Source of the DNA: Candidatus Latescibacterota bacterium
GTDB taxonomy: Bacteria > Latescibacterota > UBA2968 > UBA8231
Length of the DNA stretch: 64,000 nt
Assembly (NCBI GenBank): GCA_965215195.1
Contig: CBDCDC010000002.1
Location: 3,296,001-3,360,000 of the forward strand
Reading direction: 5' to 3'
The notes beneath the pieces were generated by a model. It was not told the origin of the DNA and ran no database searches. It worked only from the letters and a program-made list of their open reading frames with translations. Shown in pieces: positions 8,613 to 17,683 of this stretch. The translations under genes were made by a program, and so were the position numbers. Position 1 is the first letter of the stretch; the number at the start of each line of letters is the position of its first letter.

Positions 8613-11600
8613 TTTATCGCCTCAATGTCGAGAATCCCATACGCCACCGGCTCGGCGACAATATCGACTTTCTCCTCGGCCCTATCCAACTCCTCAATGC
8701 GCCGGTTGTAGTCAGCTTCTGCCCGGCCTATCTGCGACCGCCGCATCCTCTGTATCTTCTCATTACTTGCCTTTTCAAGCTGCTCCCTGAGAAGTGCCAT
8801 CTGCGCTTGGTGGCTCGTCGCCAAACTCTCTCTGCGGTACGCTGCCAACTCCTGAGTCCGTTGCTGGTGTTCTGTCCGTGCCTCAGACCACAGCCGATGA
8901 TGCTGCGTCTCCAGCTCGTCCCACTCGCCCTGTTCCCCTGTCTCGGCATCCTCCGCCCTTTCTAAAAGGCGGCCCAAATGCGGCGCTACTGCATCCGACG
9001 AGGCAATTAGCTTGAGCTTCAAATCTTCCCGAATGCCGTAAAACCGCCACTGATAAACGACGAATTGATACCGGCCAGCCGGCACATCATCGTCCCATAC
9101 CTTCAGATGAACAACGGTCCGTTCATCGCTATCAAAAAACCGGGCCGCCTGTTTCACCAAAGGATGCAGCGGCATGACGAAAGCAGCCTGTGGATGCTGG
9201 GTGGCACAATCCTGCTCAAAGGTTATTTGCAGATGCTGGTCGCCCCCTTTCAGCCACGTCTCCCACTCCCGATAGGTACTCTGCCTAGGGAGTTTTTGGA
9301 AATCTTGCAGTAAGCGGTTGCGCACATCCTGTGAAAGCCTCAGCGTTTTCAGAGGCTTCTCGCCGAGAATGAAATCTCGCTCTTCCTCGCACCGCTGCTG
9401 CAAATAGAGCGCGACGAGCCTTTGCAGCGAATCCGGCGTCAACCAAAAGCTCGAAGCGTCTCTAATCTCCCTCTTCATCTGGTCTTCAGGGAGACGAATG
9501 CCAAAAAGCTCCATCTGCTTCTGTTCCAACTCTTCCCGTTCTTGTATCAAGCGAATTTCATTGTCTGCCAACTGTTGGAGTTGGGCCTGACGCTCCGCTT
9601 CGCTCAAGGCATAGTTCTCGGCAATGTTCTTTATTTCTCTGGAAATCTCCCCGAGGATCTCTTCGCTAGCGCCGAGAGCCTGTTCAAATACGCCGATGCG
9701 TTTGAGGCAACGCTGATAAATGTCCGCGTCAACAGTGCCCGGCGTAATCAAGTTTACGATGGCGACACTCTTGCTCTTCTGGCCGTTGCGGTCAATGCGA
9801 CCAATCCGCTGCTCAACGCGCATCGGGTTCCAAGGCAAGTCGTAGTTCACAATGCAATCGCAGAATTGGTAATCCAAGCCCTCGCAACCAATCTCTGAAA
9901 ACAGCAAAACATCGAGAGCGTCGCTGTCCTCGCGCGGCTTCTCAAACAGACGCCGCAGTTCAACGCGCTCCTCATCCGGCGTCCCACCGTGGACCATGGC
10001 GACGCGCACACCATCCGCCCTGAGCTTCTCGTAAAGATAGTGCAGCGTATGGCGAAAGCTGCTGAACAGCATGACCTTGTTGTTGGGCCGGGCTTGCTTG
10101 CCCCGGATGCCTGTGCGTAGTGTATCGAACTTTGGATCGCGGGGATCAAGCCCACGCGCTTTCTCAAGTACGTCCTCGATCTGGGATCGGATCGCGCTGA
10201 CGGCATCACTTGGCGGAACGGATTCCCCGTCGTCGGCTTCTCCCCACTCCAATTCGTCGAGCCGGCGATGCAGAATGCTCTCTAAAAAAGGGGCCAATCC
10301 ATACAGACAACTCGCGGCTTGGCGTCTAATCGTGGTCATCATAAACTTGACGTTCCTATCCCCGTGCAGCCGGCTGAATATGTCCGCCTGAACAGCCAGT
10401 AATTCGTCGTGAAGCTGCTTTTGGCTAGCAGTAAACTCCACATGCACCGTCTCCGGCTTCCGCACGGCGAATGCCCCAATATCGCGCCGCCGCGTCCTGT
10501 TTATCATACTCGCAAAGGTATGCAGCGCTTCCGTGTCCGTGATGAGTTGGATGCGTTCATCCGCAGCTACGCAGCCCTCAGCAAGTTGCCCCCTGATCCG
10601 CTTAAATTCAGGATTGCGGCTGAGAATGGCTCGTCCCCAACCCGTAGCGGCCGCTTCGTCAAGTGCTTCTATGGCCTGAGTCGTCCAATCTGCCGCTTGG
10701 GTCCGCACGTGATCCACCGCTTTATTGATAAACGGATTCGGCGCGGCCATGTGCTCAAAGCTCTCCATACCCTGAATCAGGTCGGGCCGCAGCACGTTCA
10801 GCAGCACAAACAGGTCGTCGCTGCCAAGCTGGATCGGGGTTGCAGTCAAAAAGACTGCAGCCTCGGCGTAGTCACAGAAAAACCGGACGGCCTCGTAGGA
10901 ACGGGTGTTCGGATTGCGGATGTGATGCGCTTCGTCCACGATCACGAGGTCGAAACGCGGTGGCGGGTCCAAATCCAGCAGTCCTTTTCCCTTACTTCTT
11001 CTGCCTCTCCCCTCTGGCCCGTAAAGAAGTACTTCGTCGAACAGCGAGTACGGGAGAATCGCTTTCTGATGCTGAACGGGCCATTCGCCTTCCATATCCA
11101 TTTCCTTGATGCAGTACCTCAGCGTCGGGCCGTCCAAATGGGTGAACTGTTCGCCAAACCGCTTCATCTCATTTTTCCACTTGCCCTCGATCACCAACGG
11201 ACGGGGACATATAATGAGTACAGACTTGATCTCCCGCCTCGCTTGTAGCTCTCGCAGGATCAATCCGGCCTCAATGGTCTTGCCGACCCCGACGCCATCG
11301 GCGATCAACAGGCGCGGACGGTCCGACCGAATGAACCTCAGCACGGGTCGGAACTGATACGGGATGAAATTGACGCGCGCTGCATTCAGCGAATACAACG
11401 TCAATAGGCTGGGATGCCGAATCTGTAGCGCGGTCAGGTAAGCGTGAAACAAGTCGCACGAAAGCGGTTGCAACTCGTCATCGGGCTGCTCCGAGGCCTG
11501 CAACTGGGAGGCGTAATACGTCTGTACGCTGCTGCCCATAAATACCTCAACCCGATTTTCAGCCTGTCCCGAAAGCACCTTCATTACCGCGCCCCGCAGG

Positions 11601-12022
11601 GAAGGGTTGGACTTCAAGACGACCATTTGACCCGGTACAAACTCCGTTTGGTCTGGCATATACGTTGGCGCCTCTTCGGCTGTTTGCGAAACTAGAGAGC
11701 GGCGGGTATGCGTTAGCCCCCTTTCTGCGGTCATCTGCACGGCACTAGCGGCAAGCAGACGACCGAGCAGTTCCAGATCGATCATTCGCGCATGTCCGCA
11801 GACAGCTAGTACTTGTCTAAAATGCGTATCAAGCGATTGGCGTAGCTGGTATTTTTCGTCCGCGACATCATCGGTCATGTAGCGGACCAAAATCGCGGCT
11901 GCCTTGGCGAGGTGATAGAGTCCGATCAATTCGAGCGCGATAATTTTGGCATGGGCCGGTTCTCGTCCTGCTAGATGATTCTTTTCAAAATCAGATTGGT
12001 CATCGCGCGGGCTCTCAGCCAC
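8609..12022 (-). CDS. SNF2-family (RapA/DrmD-like) helicase; true start may be near 11660 (MPDQTEF)
   Basis: FIPYQ, LLIADGVGVGKTIEAG (motif I), VIVDEAHH (II), FLTATP (III), SEIGCEGLDYQFCD.IVNYDLPWNPMRVEQRIGRIDR (V/VI). Confidence 0.9.
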   Translation of the reverse strand: MAESPRDDQSDFEKNHLAGREPAHAKIIALELIGLYHLAKAAAILVRYMTDDVADEKYQLRQSLDTHFRQVLAVCGHARMIDLELLGRLLAASAVQMTAERGLTHTRRSLVSQTAEEAPTYMPDQTEFVPGQMVVLKSNPSLRGAVMKVLSGQAENRVEVFMGSSVQTYYASQLQASEQPDDELQPLSCDLFHAYLTALQIRHPSLLTLYSLNAARVNFIPYQFRPVLRFIRSDRPRLLIADGVGVGKTIEAGLILRELQARREIKSVLIICPRPLVIEGKWKNEMKRFGEQFTHLDGPTLRYCIKEMDMEGEWPVQHQKAILPYSLFDEVLLYGPEGRGRRSKGKGLLDLDPPPRFDLVIVDEAHHIRNPNTRSYEAVRFFCDYAEAAVFLTATPIQLGSDDLFVLLNVLRPDLIQGMESFEHMAAPNPFINKAVDHVRTQAADWTTQAIEALDEAAATGWGRAILSRNPEFKRIRGQLAEGCVAADERIQLITDTEALHTFASMINRTRRRDIGAFAVRKPETVHVEFTASQKQLHDELLAVQADIFSRLHGDRNVKFMMTTIRRQAASCLYGLAPFLESILHRRLDELEWGEADDGESVPPSDAVSAIRSQIEDVLEKARGLDPRDPKFDTLRTGIRGKQARPNNKVMLFSSFRHTLHYLYEKLRADGVRVAMVHGGTPDEERVELRRLFEKPREDSDALDVLLFSEIGCEGLDYQFCDCIVNYDLPWNPMRVEQRIGRIDRNGQKSKSVAIVNLITPGTVDADIYQRCLKRIGVFEQALGASEEILGEISREIKNIAENYALSEAERQAQLQQLADNEIRLIQEREELEQKQMELFGIRLPEDQMKREIRDASSFWLTPDSLQRLVALYLQQRCEEERDFILGEKPLKTLRLSQDVRNRLLQDFQKLPRQSTYREWETWLKGGDQHLQITFEQDCATQHPQAAFVMPLHPLVKQAARFFDSDERTVVHLKVWDDDVPAGRYQFVVYQWRFYGIREDLKLKLIASSDAVAPHLGRLLERAEDAETGEQGEWDELETQHHRLWSEARTEHQQRTQELAAYRRESLATSHQAQMALLREQLEKASNEKIQRMRRSQIGRAEADYNRRIEELDRAEEKVDIVAEPVAYGILDIEAIK

Positions 12023-12120
12023 GCTGCCATCTTAAAGAGCAATCCCGTCGCTCCCATCGAATAAATCTGATCCTGCTTCCGGCTCGGCATTGACATCGCG
12101 TAGGCAGTGAGCACCCTCCG

Positions 12121-12927
12121 TTAGTACCCCAACCCGCGCAAATAGTGGCGCATCCCCGCACTCCGCCGCGCCTCGCGGACCGCGTCCTCGCCCTCGTAGG
12201 CCGGCTCCCCCGGACAGCTTGTAACCCAGCGGTCAAAGCCCCGCTCGGCGAGCGCGTTGAGCACCCCGGCAAAGTCGAGGCACTCGCCCTCGCCGACCGA
12301 AACCCACTCGGGATTGTAGCGCCCGGGCTCGCGCACCGTGCAAGACGCATAGTCCTGTAGGTGGACATAGTTGAGCTGGCTCCAAAAGTCCGTCAGTGCC
12401 TGCACCGGATCGCAGCCCCACAACTCGGCGTGCGACACGTCAATGCACAGCCGCGTCTTGTCCAGCAAGCTCATGTACAGCCGCCAGTCCGCGGCCGAAT
12501 CCACCAGCAAGTTGGTGTGGATGTGGTAGCTTAGCTCCAGCCCGTACTGGGCCGCGTATTCGGCCCATTGCTCGGCCCCTTCGGCCGCCCGCTCGATATC
12601 GGCGCGTTCCACCGGCCGTCCCTCCGGCTTGCGCCCGCTCATAAACATAAAGCAATCCACGCCCATCTCGGCGGCGAAATCCATCCGCCGCTTGTTGCGC
12701 TCGGTGTGCTCCCAGTCGCGGTTTTCGGGCGATCCACTGGCCGTAAACACGCACAGCGGCATGTCCGCATCTTCGCACACTTGCTTCAGCCGCTTCGGCG
12801 GCCCCAACCAGTCGAGCGGCAACCGCCCCTCCCAGCCATCCCAGCCGGCCTTTTTGAGTTCGGTCAGGGCCTTGGTCAAATCCGGCTGCCGCCAGCGCAG
12901 GGTCGCGTATCCCATCTTGAGTCCCAT
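12121..12927 (-). CDS. Sugar phosphate isomerase/epimerase (xylose-isomerase-like TIM barrel, IolE-like)
   Basis: AGWDGWE, LSYHIH, LCIDVSH, YVHLQD, VGEG..DF motifs; AAGGAGG RBS upstream. Confidence 0.8.
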   Translation of the reverse strand: MGLKMGYATLRWRQPDLTKALTELKKAGWDGWEGRLPLDWLGPPKRLKQVCEDADMPLCVFTASGSPENRDWEHTERNKRRMDFAAEMGVDCFMFMSGRKPEGRPVERADIERAAEGAEQWAEYAAQYGLELSYHIHTNLLVDSAADWRLYMSLLDKTRLCIDVSHAELWGCDPVQALTDFWSQLNYVHLQDYASCTVREPGRYNPEWVSVGEGECLDFAGVLNALAERGFDRWVTSCPGEPAYEGEDAVREARRSAGMRHYLRGLGY

Positions 12928-13029
12928 AATCTGCCTCCTTTGTGGTGTGATCTAACTCAAAATCAAACAGAGAGCTACGGGCAAAGTTCGTTGCCCTTTT
13001 CTGGCATCGCAACGATATTTTTGCCCACC

Positions 13030-15321
13030 ATGGAAAATGCTCCTTCTCTCTCGCGCGGCCAAGTGCATCGCGCCCTCCGCTCCTTCGTCGTCGCCAGCGG
13101 CTTGTGGGGTGCTTGGGGGCAAGCCTGTGGGTTGGGGACAGCGGCCTTTACCGGTTTTGCCCTGTACTTAGGGGCCGACGGTGCCTTTATCGCCCTCTTC
13201 ACCTCGGCCGCGTACTTCCTCGCTTTGACGCAATTGCTCGCCCCCCTGTTGAGTGCCCGCGTCCGCGACAAGAAGCGCTTGGTCGTGGCCGGTGGCTACG
13301 TGGAAATCGCCTTCCGCGGGCTGCCGCTGGTCATTCCCCTCCTCGTCCCAGCGCAGTACCGGCTCGCGGCCTTGGTAGCCATGGTCTGCCTCAGCATGTT
13401 CAGCGGCTATGCAATTTCGCCCTTTTACAGCACTTGGATCGCCAACGCCGTGCCGGAGAATATCCGCGCGCGCTTTGCCAGCCGCCAGACCATCGTCAGC
13501 ACCCTAGTGGCGATGGTGGCCGGTTTCGCAATCGGCCAATTCCTCGACCTTTTCCCCGAAGGAGGCGGCTTTGTCTGGGTCTTTGCGGCCGGGACGCTCT
13601 TTGGACTCTTGGGCTACTCCAATCTCCTCCGCGCCCCCTTTCCCCAACAGACGACCGCCACCGACGAACAGAGCACGCGCTTGCGCGATCTCTTGCAGCC
13701 CTTCCACGACGCCAACTTCGGCCGCGCCGCCCTCTTTTTTGGCCTGTGGACCTTTGGCGTTGGGCTGGCCGGACCGCTCTACAGCGTCTTTATGCTCGAC
13801 CGCCTGCAGATCTCCTACACCGAGGTTTCGATTTTCAACGCCCTGTTCATGCTGACCAGCATCGCTGGCTACCGGCTCTGGGCCGGCCTCATCGACCGCT
13901 TCGGCGCCAGACCCGTCCTGCAAATCCTGATGACGCCGGCCGCGTTCCTACCTCTTGTCTGGGCCTTCAACCAGCCGGGGGCTTATCACCTAGTACCTGT
14001 GGCCTTAGTCCTGAGCGGCATCCTATTCTCCGGGATCGGAGTGGGCATCAACCCCCTGCTCTACGGTCTGTTGCCCCAAGGCGAGCGGCGCACGATGTAC
14101 TTGGCGACTTGGTCGGTGACGGTCAACTTAATGGGTGCGCTCGGTCCTTTGTTAGGCGGCCTGCTCGTGGCCCAACTAGAGGGCTTGCGCTTTTCCTTGT
14201 TCGGCGTGCCCATGGGCGATTTGCAGGTCATCTTTGCCCTCAGCGCCTTGACCCGGCTGGCCCCTTTGTTCATCCTCCGCACTGTCAGGGATGCGCGGAG
14301 CGCGACGTCGCGCAGCTTGCTATCGCGGATGCTGCGCGGCAATGTCCTCAGCTATGCGTACAACGCCACCATCTTCAGCCTAGCCACGGGCGAGGGAACC
14401 CGGGCGCGTGCGGCCGAAGCCCTCGGCCGTTCGGGCAACCCCCTCGCCATTGAGCAATTGGTCCAAGCCCTCGCCGACGCCAGTCCTCGAGTGCGCCGCG
14501 CCGCTGCCCGCGCCTTGGGCGAGAGCCGGTCGGAAAGCGCCACTGAACCCTTGGTGCGCGAGCTGCTCGACGGGGCCTCGGACATCCGCAGCGAAGCGGC
14601 CGAAGCCCTCGGCCGCTTGAGGTACTCCACGAGTATCGATCCGCTGGTCGATGCCCTGACCGACGCCGATCCCCGGGTGCGCATCAGCGCCATCCGCGGC
14701 CTAGCCAGCATCCGTGGAGACGAAGTCCGCGAGCTTCTATTCTGGCACTTTGGCGATGATTTCGACCCCCTGACGTTCCCAACGCTGGTCGATGTGCTCG
14801 GCGAGCGCCAAGACCACCGCATCGTCAAATCTGCGTTAAGCCACCTAGCCGACTTTCCCTCCCCAGCCGTGCGCTTGCAGCTACTCAACGGGGTCTGCCG
14901 TGCGTTGGGGGCCGGCGACCGGTTCTACCGCTTGCTCTCGCACGAGGATACCGACCGCGTCGCCGCCATCACCCGCCGGCTGCGCCGGGCAACCGACTCC
15001 TTGGGCGCGGCCCGCTGCATTGACGCTGTATACCGCACGCAGTTAAAGGCCCTGTGCCGGGAGGTGGTCGTCGCGTATGAAGAGGAAAAGGCCGAGGCGC
15101 TAGTCGAGGCCATGCGGCAGATTGTGCGCACGGTGCGCGATGGGCTTTTTACGGCCGGCGAGAAGACCCGCGAAGTGCTGTCAGTGTACGTGATCGTCGA
15201 GGCCATCGGCAGCTTCATCAACAGCCCGGTGCGACGAGAGTCGCCCGTTGTCGAGGAAATTTTTCTCACCGTGTGCCTAGCGCGCCTAGCCGCCTTGATC
15301 CGCCAGATCGACGACAGCTAG
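13030..15321 (+). CDS. MFS transporter fused to HEAT/PBS-lyase-like repeats
   Basis: About 12 TM segments with GLIDRFGARP loop, then RARAAEALG / VRRAAARALG / IRSEAAEALG / VRISAIRGL repeats. ATG at 13030 preferred to the 12568 start, which overlaps the divergent gene. Confidence 0.85.
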   Translation: MENAPSLSRGQVHRALRSFVVASGLWGAWGQACGLGTAAFTGFALYLGADGAFIALFTSAAYFLALTQLLAPLLSARVRDKKRLVVAGGYVEIAFRGLPLVIPLLVPAQYRLAALVAMVCLSMFSGYAISPFYSTWIANAVPENIRARFASRQTIVSTLVAMVAGFAIGQFLDLFPEGGGFVWVFAAGTLFGLLGYSNLLRAPFPQQTTATDEQSTRLRDLLQPFHDANFGRAALFFGLWTFGVGLAGPLYSVFMLDRLQISYTEVSIFNALFMLTSIAGYRLWAGLIDRFGARPVLQILMTPAAFLPLVWAFNQPGAYHLVPVALVLSGILFSGIGVGINPLLYGLLPQGERRTMYLATWSVTVNLMGALGPLLGGLLVAQLEGLRFSLFGVPMGDLQVIFALSALTRLAPLFILRTVRDARSATSRSLLSRMLRGNVLSYAYNATIFSLATGEGTRARAAEALGRSGNPLAIEQLVQALADASPRVRRAAARALGESRSESATEPLVRELLDGASDIRSEAAEALGRLRYSTSIDPLVDALTDADPRVRISAIRGLASIRGDEVRELLFWHFGDDFDPLTFPTLVDVLGERQDHRIVKSALSHLADFPSPAVRLQLLNGVCRALGAGDRFYRLLSHEDTDRVAAITRRLRRATDSLGAARCIDAVYRTQLKALCREVVVAYEEEKAEALVEAMRQIVRTVRDGLFTAGEKTREVLSVYVIVEAIGSFINSPVRRESPVVEEIFLTVCLARLAALIRQIDDS

Positions 15322-15730
15322 AAGCAGTGGCCAGTCCCCCCTGCCGGTGCGGGGCTTCACCGCGCCTTTAGGCGCGACCCTAACTACATGACACCAAGAT
15401 ATTGGTGACGTGTCGTATTTGATGTTGTTTTCTGGTTGGCCTTGCTCGGTCGTCGCGTCCCCGTCGCAAGAGAGAGGCTTTGTGCGGGGTCGCCATGCTT
15501 TTTAACAGGGGGCGGTTTGTGGCTCGATGGGTACGGACCCGCCCTTATAGCCCCAGCCCCGCAGGTGGGGGTTGCTCTTTGCGTTCATGTACTGAGGGCG
15601 CGACCTAACTACTAACCACTGGCCCTTGGTACACGACACTAAGGCTTCGACTTCGCATTCAAAGGCGTCCTACCATCGAGCACGAACGTACCCGCAGGAG
15701 GGGTCGCGTACTGAGCCACTGGCCACTAAC
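15322..15730. repeat. Intergenic REP/MITE-like repeat cluster between convergent genes
   Basis: GGCGCGACC(C)TAACTAC occurs twice, CCACTGGCC-type units recur, GGGCGG..CCGCCC inverted repeat, and a 23-bp element shared in inverted orientation with 40194-40216. Confidence 0.55.
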
Positions 15731-16447
15731 TCAGGCTCGGCCGCGATGCGCCCAGCGGATCCGCACCAGATCCTTGAGATTGGCAAGCGTCCCGGTTACC
15801 GGATTAAAGCGGCTGTCCGGGTCGAAACGCCACTTCACCGGAATTTTTGCGATGCGGTAGCCGGATTGGCGCGCCAGCAGCAGCAACTCCACGTCGAACA
15901 TGAAGCCGGCAATCTGCTGCCGAGTGCAGAGGTCGCGCACCACCGCAGCCTGAAAAAACTTAAATCCGCACTGGGTATCGCCGAACTCGCCCAAGCCCAT
16001 CAGCGCACGCAAGAGCCAGCCAAACGCCGCGGTCCCCCACTGTCGGTAGCGCCAGCGCGCGACGACGAATTCGGTCGCGCTCAGGGTCCGGTCGCCGATC
16101 ACTCCGTCCCACCCGGCTGCCAATAGGGGCATCACTTGGTCGAGCGCAGCGATGTCGGTCTTGTAGTCGCCGTCCATAAAGCCGATGTACCGGCCCCGGG
16201 CCTCGGCCACGCCGCGCTGCACGGAATAGCCCTTGCCGCGGTTGCGGCCATTCTGTACGCAGCGGACTTGCGGATACTCGCGGGCGCACTCGGCAATGCA
16301 GGCGGCCGTGCGGTCGGTGCTGCCGTCATCTACAGCCAGCAGCTCATAGGACCACGGCCGCTGCTGCAGCAACGCGAGCGTTTGCTCCAAGGCGATGAGA
16401 ATCCGCTTCTCCTCGTTGTACGCAGGTATGACGATGCTCAAATCCAT
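15731..16447 (-). CDS. GT2 glycosyltransferase (dolichyl/polyprenyl-phosphate glycosyltransferase-like)
   Basis: MDLSIVIPAYNEE, VDDGSTD, NRGKG, FMDGD, DTQCGFKFF, FDVELL. Confidence 0.9.
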   Translation of the reverse strand: MDLSIVIPAYNEEKRILIALEQTLALLQQRPWSYELLAVDDGSTDRTAACIAECAREYPQVRCVQNGRNRGKGYSVQRGVAEARGRYIGFMDGDYKTDIAALDQVMPLLAAGWDGVIGDRTLSATEFVVARWRYRQWGTAAFGWLLRALMGLGEFGDTQCGFKFFQAAVVRDLCTRQQIAGFMFDVELLLLARQSGYRIAKIPVKWRFDPDSRFNPVTGTLANLKDLVRIRWAHRGRA

Positions 16448-16468
16448 ATCGCAATCACAGCGACCCGC

Positions 16469-16497
16469 TTGACGTCGCCAGCCGCCGCGCCTATAAT
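16469..16497 (+). promoter_or_regulatory. Sigma70-type promoter for the HIT gene
   Basis: TTGACG-N17-TATAAT, ending 33 bp upstream of ATG 16531. Confidence 0.75.
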
Positions 16498-16530
16498 CCG
16501 CCAAACCCCTAAGCCCTGTGAGAAAGGCCG

Positions 16531-16908
16531 ATGAGCGAGGACGCGCTTTCCCCGCTGCCTTCAGGCAGTGCAACCATTTTTAGCAAAATCATCCGCCGCG
16601 AAATTCCCGCCGACATCGTCTATGAGGACTCCAACTGTTTGGCCTTCCGCGACATCCAGCCCCAAGCCCCGACGCACATTCTCGTCGTACCCAAGGAAGT
16701 CGTCGCCGGTGTGCAATACGCCGCTCCCGAGCACGGCCCCCTGCTCGGCCACCTGCTGCTCAAGGCCAGCCAGATTGCCGAGGAACAGGGCCTAGCCAAG
16801 GCGGGCTACCGCTTGGTCATCAACGCCGGCACCGATGGCGGGCAAACGGTCGCCCACCTCCACGTCCACCTGCTCGGCGGCCGCGCCATGCAGTGGCCGC
16901 CGGGATAA
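16531..16908 (+). CDS. hinT: Histidine triad nucleotide-binding protein (HinT-like)
   Basis: TIFSKII.REIPA, AFRDIQPQAPTHILVVPK, GGQTVAHLHVHLLGGR..WPPG. Confidence 0.93.
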   Translation: MSEDALSPLPSGSATIFSKIIRREIPADIVYEDSNCLAFRDIQPQAPTHILVVPKEVVAGVQYAAPEHGPLLGHLLLKASQIAEEQGLAKAGYRLVINAGTDGGQTVAHLHVHLLGGRAMQWPPG

Positions 16909-16941
16909 AAAAAGAGGCGATGCCACGCCGGGCACCGCCTC
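16907..16941 (-). terminator. Rho-independent terminator downstream of rplC
   Basis: On the - strand: GAGGCGGTGCC-cggcgt-GGCATCGCCTC-TTTTTTT (11-bp stem with one G-U pair). Confidence 0.85.
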
Positions 16942-16966
16942 GCAAGCACTCATAAAGGCAGGGGGT

Positions 16967-17584
16967 TTAGATGGTCTGTATCAGGACGTAGCCATTGGCC
17001 CCGCCCGGCACCGCTCCCTTGAGGAAGAGCAAGTTGCGATCCGCGTCGATCCGCTCGACGGTCAACCCCTTGGTGGAGACTCGCTTGTTGCCCATCTGGC
17101 CGGACATTTTCTTGCCCTTCCACACCTTGCCCGGGGTCGTGCCTTGGCCGATGGAGCCGCCGTGGCGTACGGTATTGGGCGTACCGTGGCTGGTGTTCTT
17201 GCCGCGGAAACCGTGGCGCTTGACCACCCCGGCAAACCCCTTGCCCTTGGATTTGCCCGTCACTTTGACTCGATGTCCCACCTCGAACTGGCTCACATCC
17301 AAAACTTGGCCAACCTCGAATTCGCCCTCTTCGCCGCGAAATTCGCGCAGGATGCGGTGCCCGCTCACGCCGGCCTTGGTCAGATGGCCCCGTTGCGGCT
17401 TGCTCAGCTTGCGCTCCGGCACTTCGTCGAATGCGAGCTGCAAAGCCGAGTATCCATTGTCCTCTTCGGTCCGCACTTGTACCACCGGGCAGGGGCCGGC
17501 CGCGACGATCGTCACCGGCGTGAGCTCCTCGCGGTTGTTGTACACCTGCGTCATTCCCAATTTTTTGCCAATCAAGGCCGCCAT
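16967..17584 (-). CDS. rplC: 50S ribosomal protein L3
   Basis: LIGKKLGMTQ, PVT, GYSALQL, LREFR, VTGKSKGKGFAGVVKRHGF, GSIG, PGKVWKGKKMSGQMG, LKGAVPG. Confidence 0.97.
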   Translation of the reverse strand: MAALIGKKLGMTQVYNNREELTPVTIVAAGPCPVVQVRTEEDNGYSALQLAFDEVPERKLSKPQRGHLTKAGVSGHRILREFRGEEGEFEVGQVLDVSQFEVGHRVKVTGKSKGKGFAGVVKRHGFRGKNTSHGTPNTVRHGGSIGQGTTPGKVWKGKKMSGQMGNKRVSTKGLTVERIDADRNLLFLKGAVPGGANGYVLIQTI

Positions 17585-17628
17585 AAGGCCAACTCCTTCA
17601 TATAGTTGTCGCGCAAACAGAATCGTAA

Positions 17629-17657
17629 AAATTACGCAAAAGTTTCCTAGCGGGCAA
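17629..17657 (-). promoter_or_regulatory. Putative sigma70 promoter of rplC
   Basis: - strand TTGCCC-N17-TAATTT, followed by an AAGGAG RBS before the ATG. Confidence 0.45.
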
Positions 17658-17683
17658 GAGACGCCCGCAGCAGGGCTGCAACA

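Noticed and set aside
8609-12022. Calling the SNF2 helicase DISARM DrmD or RapA
   Set aside because: No drmA/B/C or methylase is adjacent, and family-level motifs cannot distinguish these.
12568-13029. N-terminal extension of the MFS-HEAT ORF
   Set aside because: It overlaps the divergent isomerase gene; ATG 13030 fits the MFS start.
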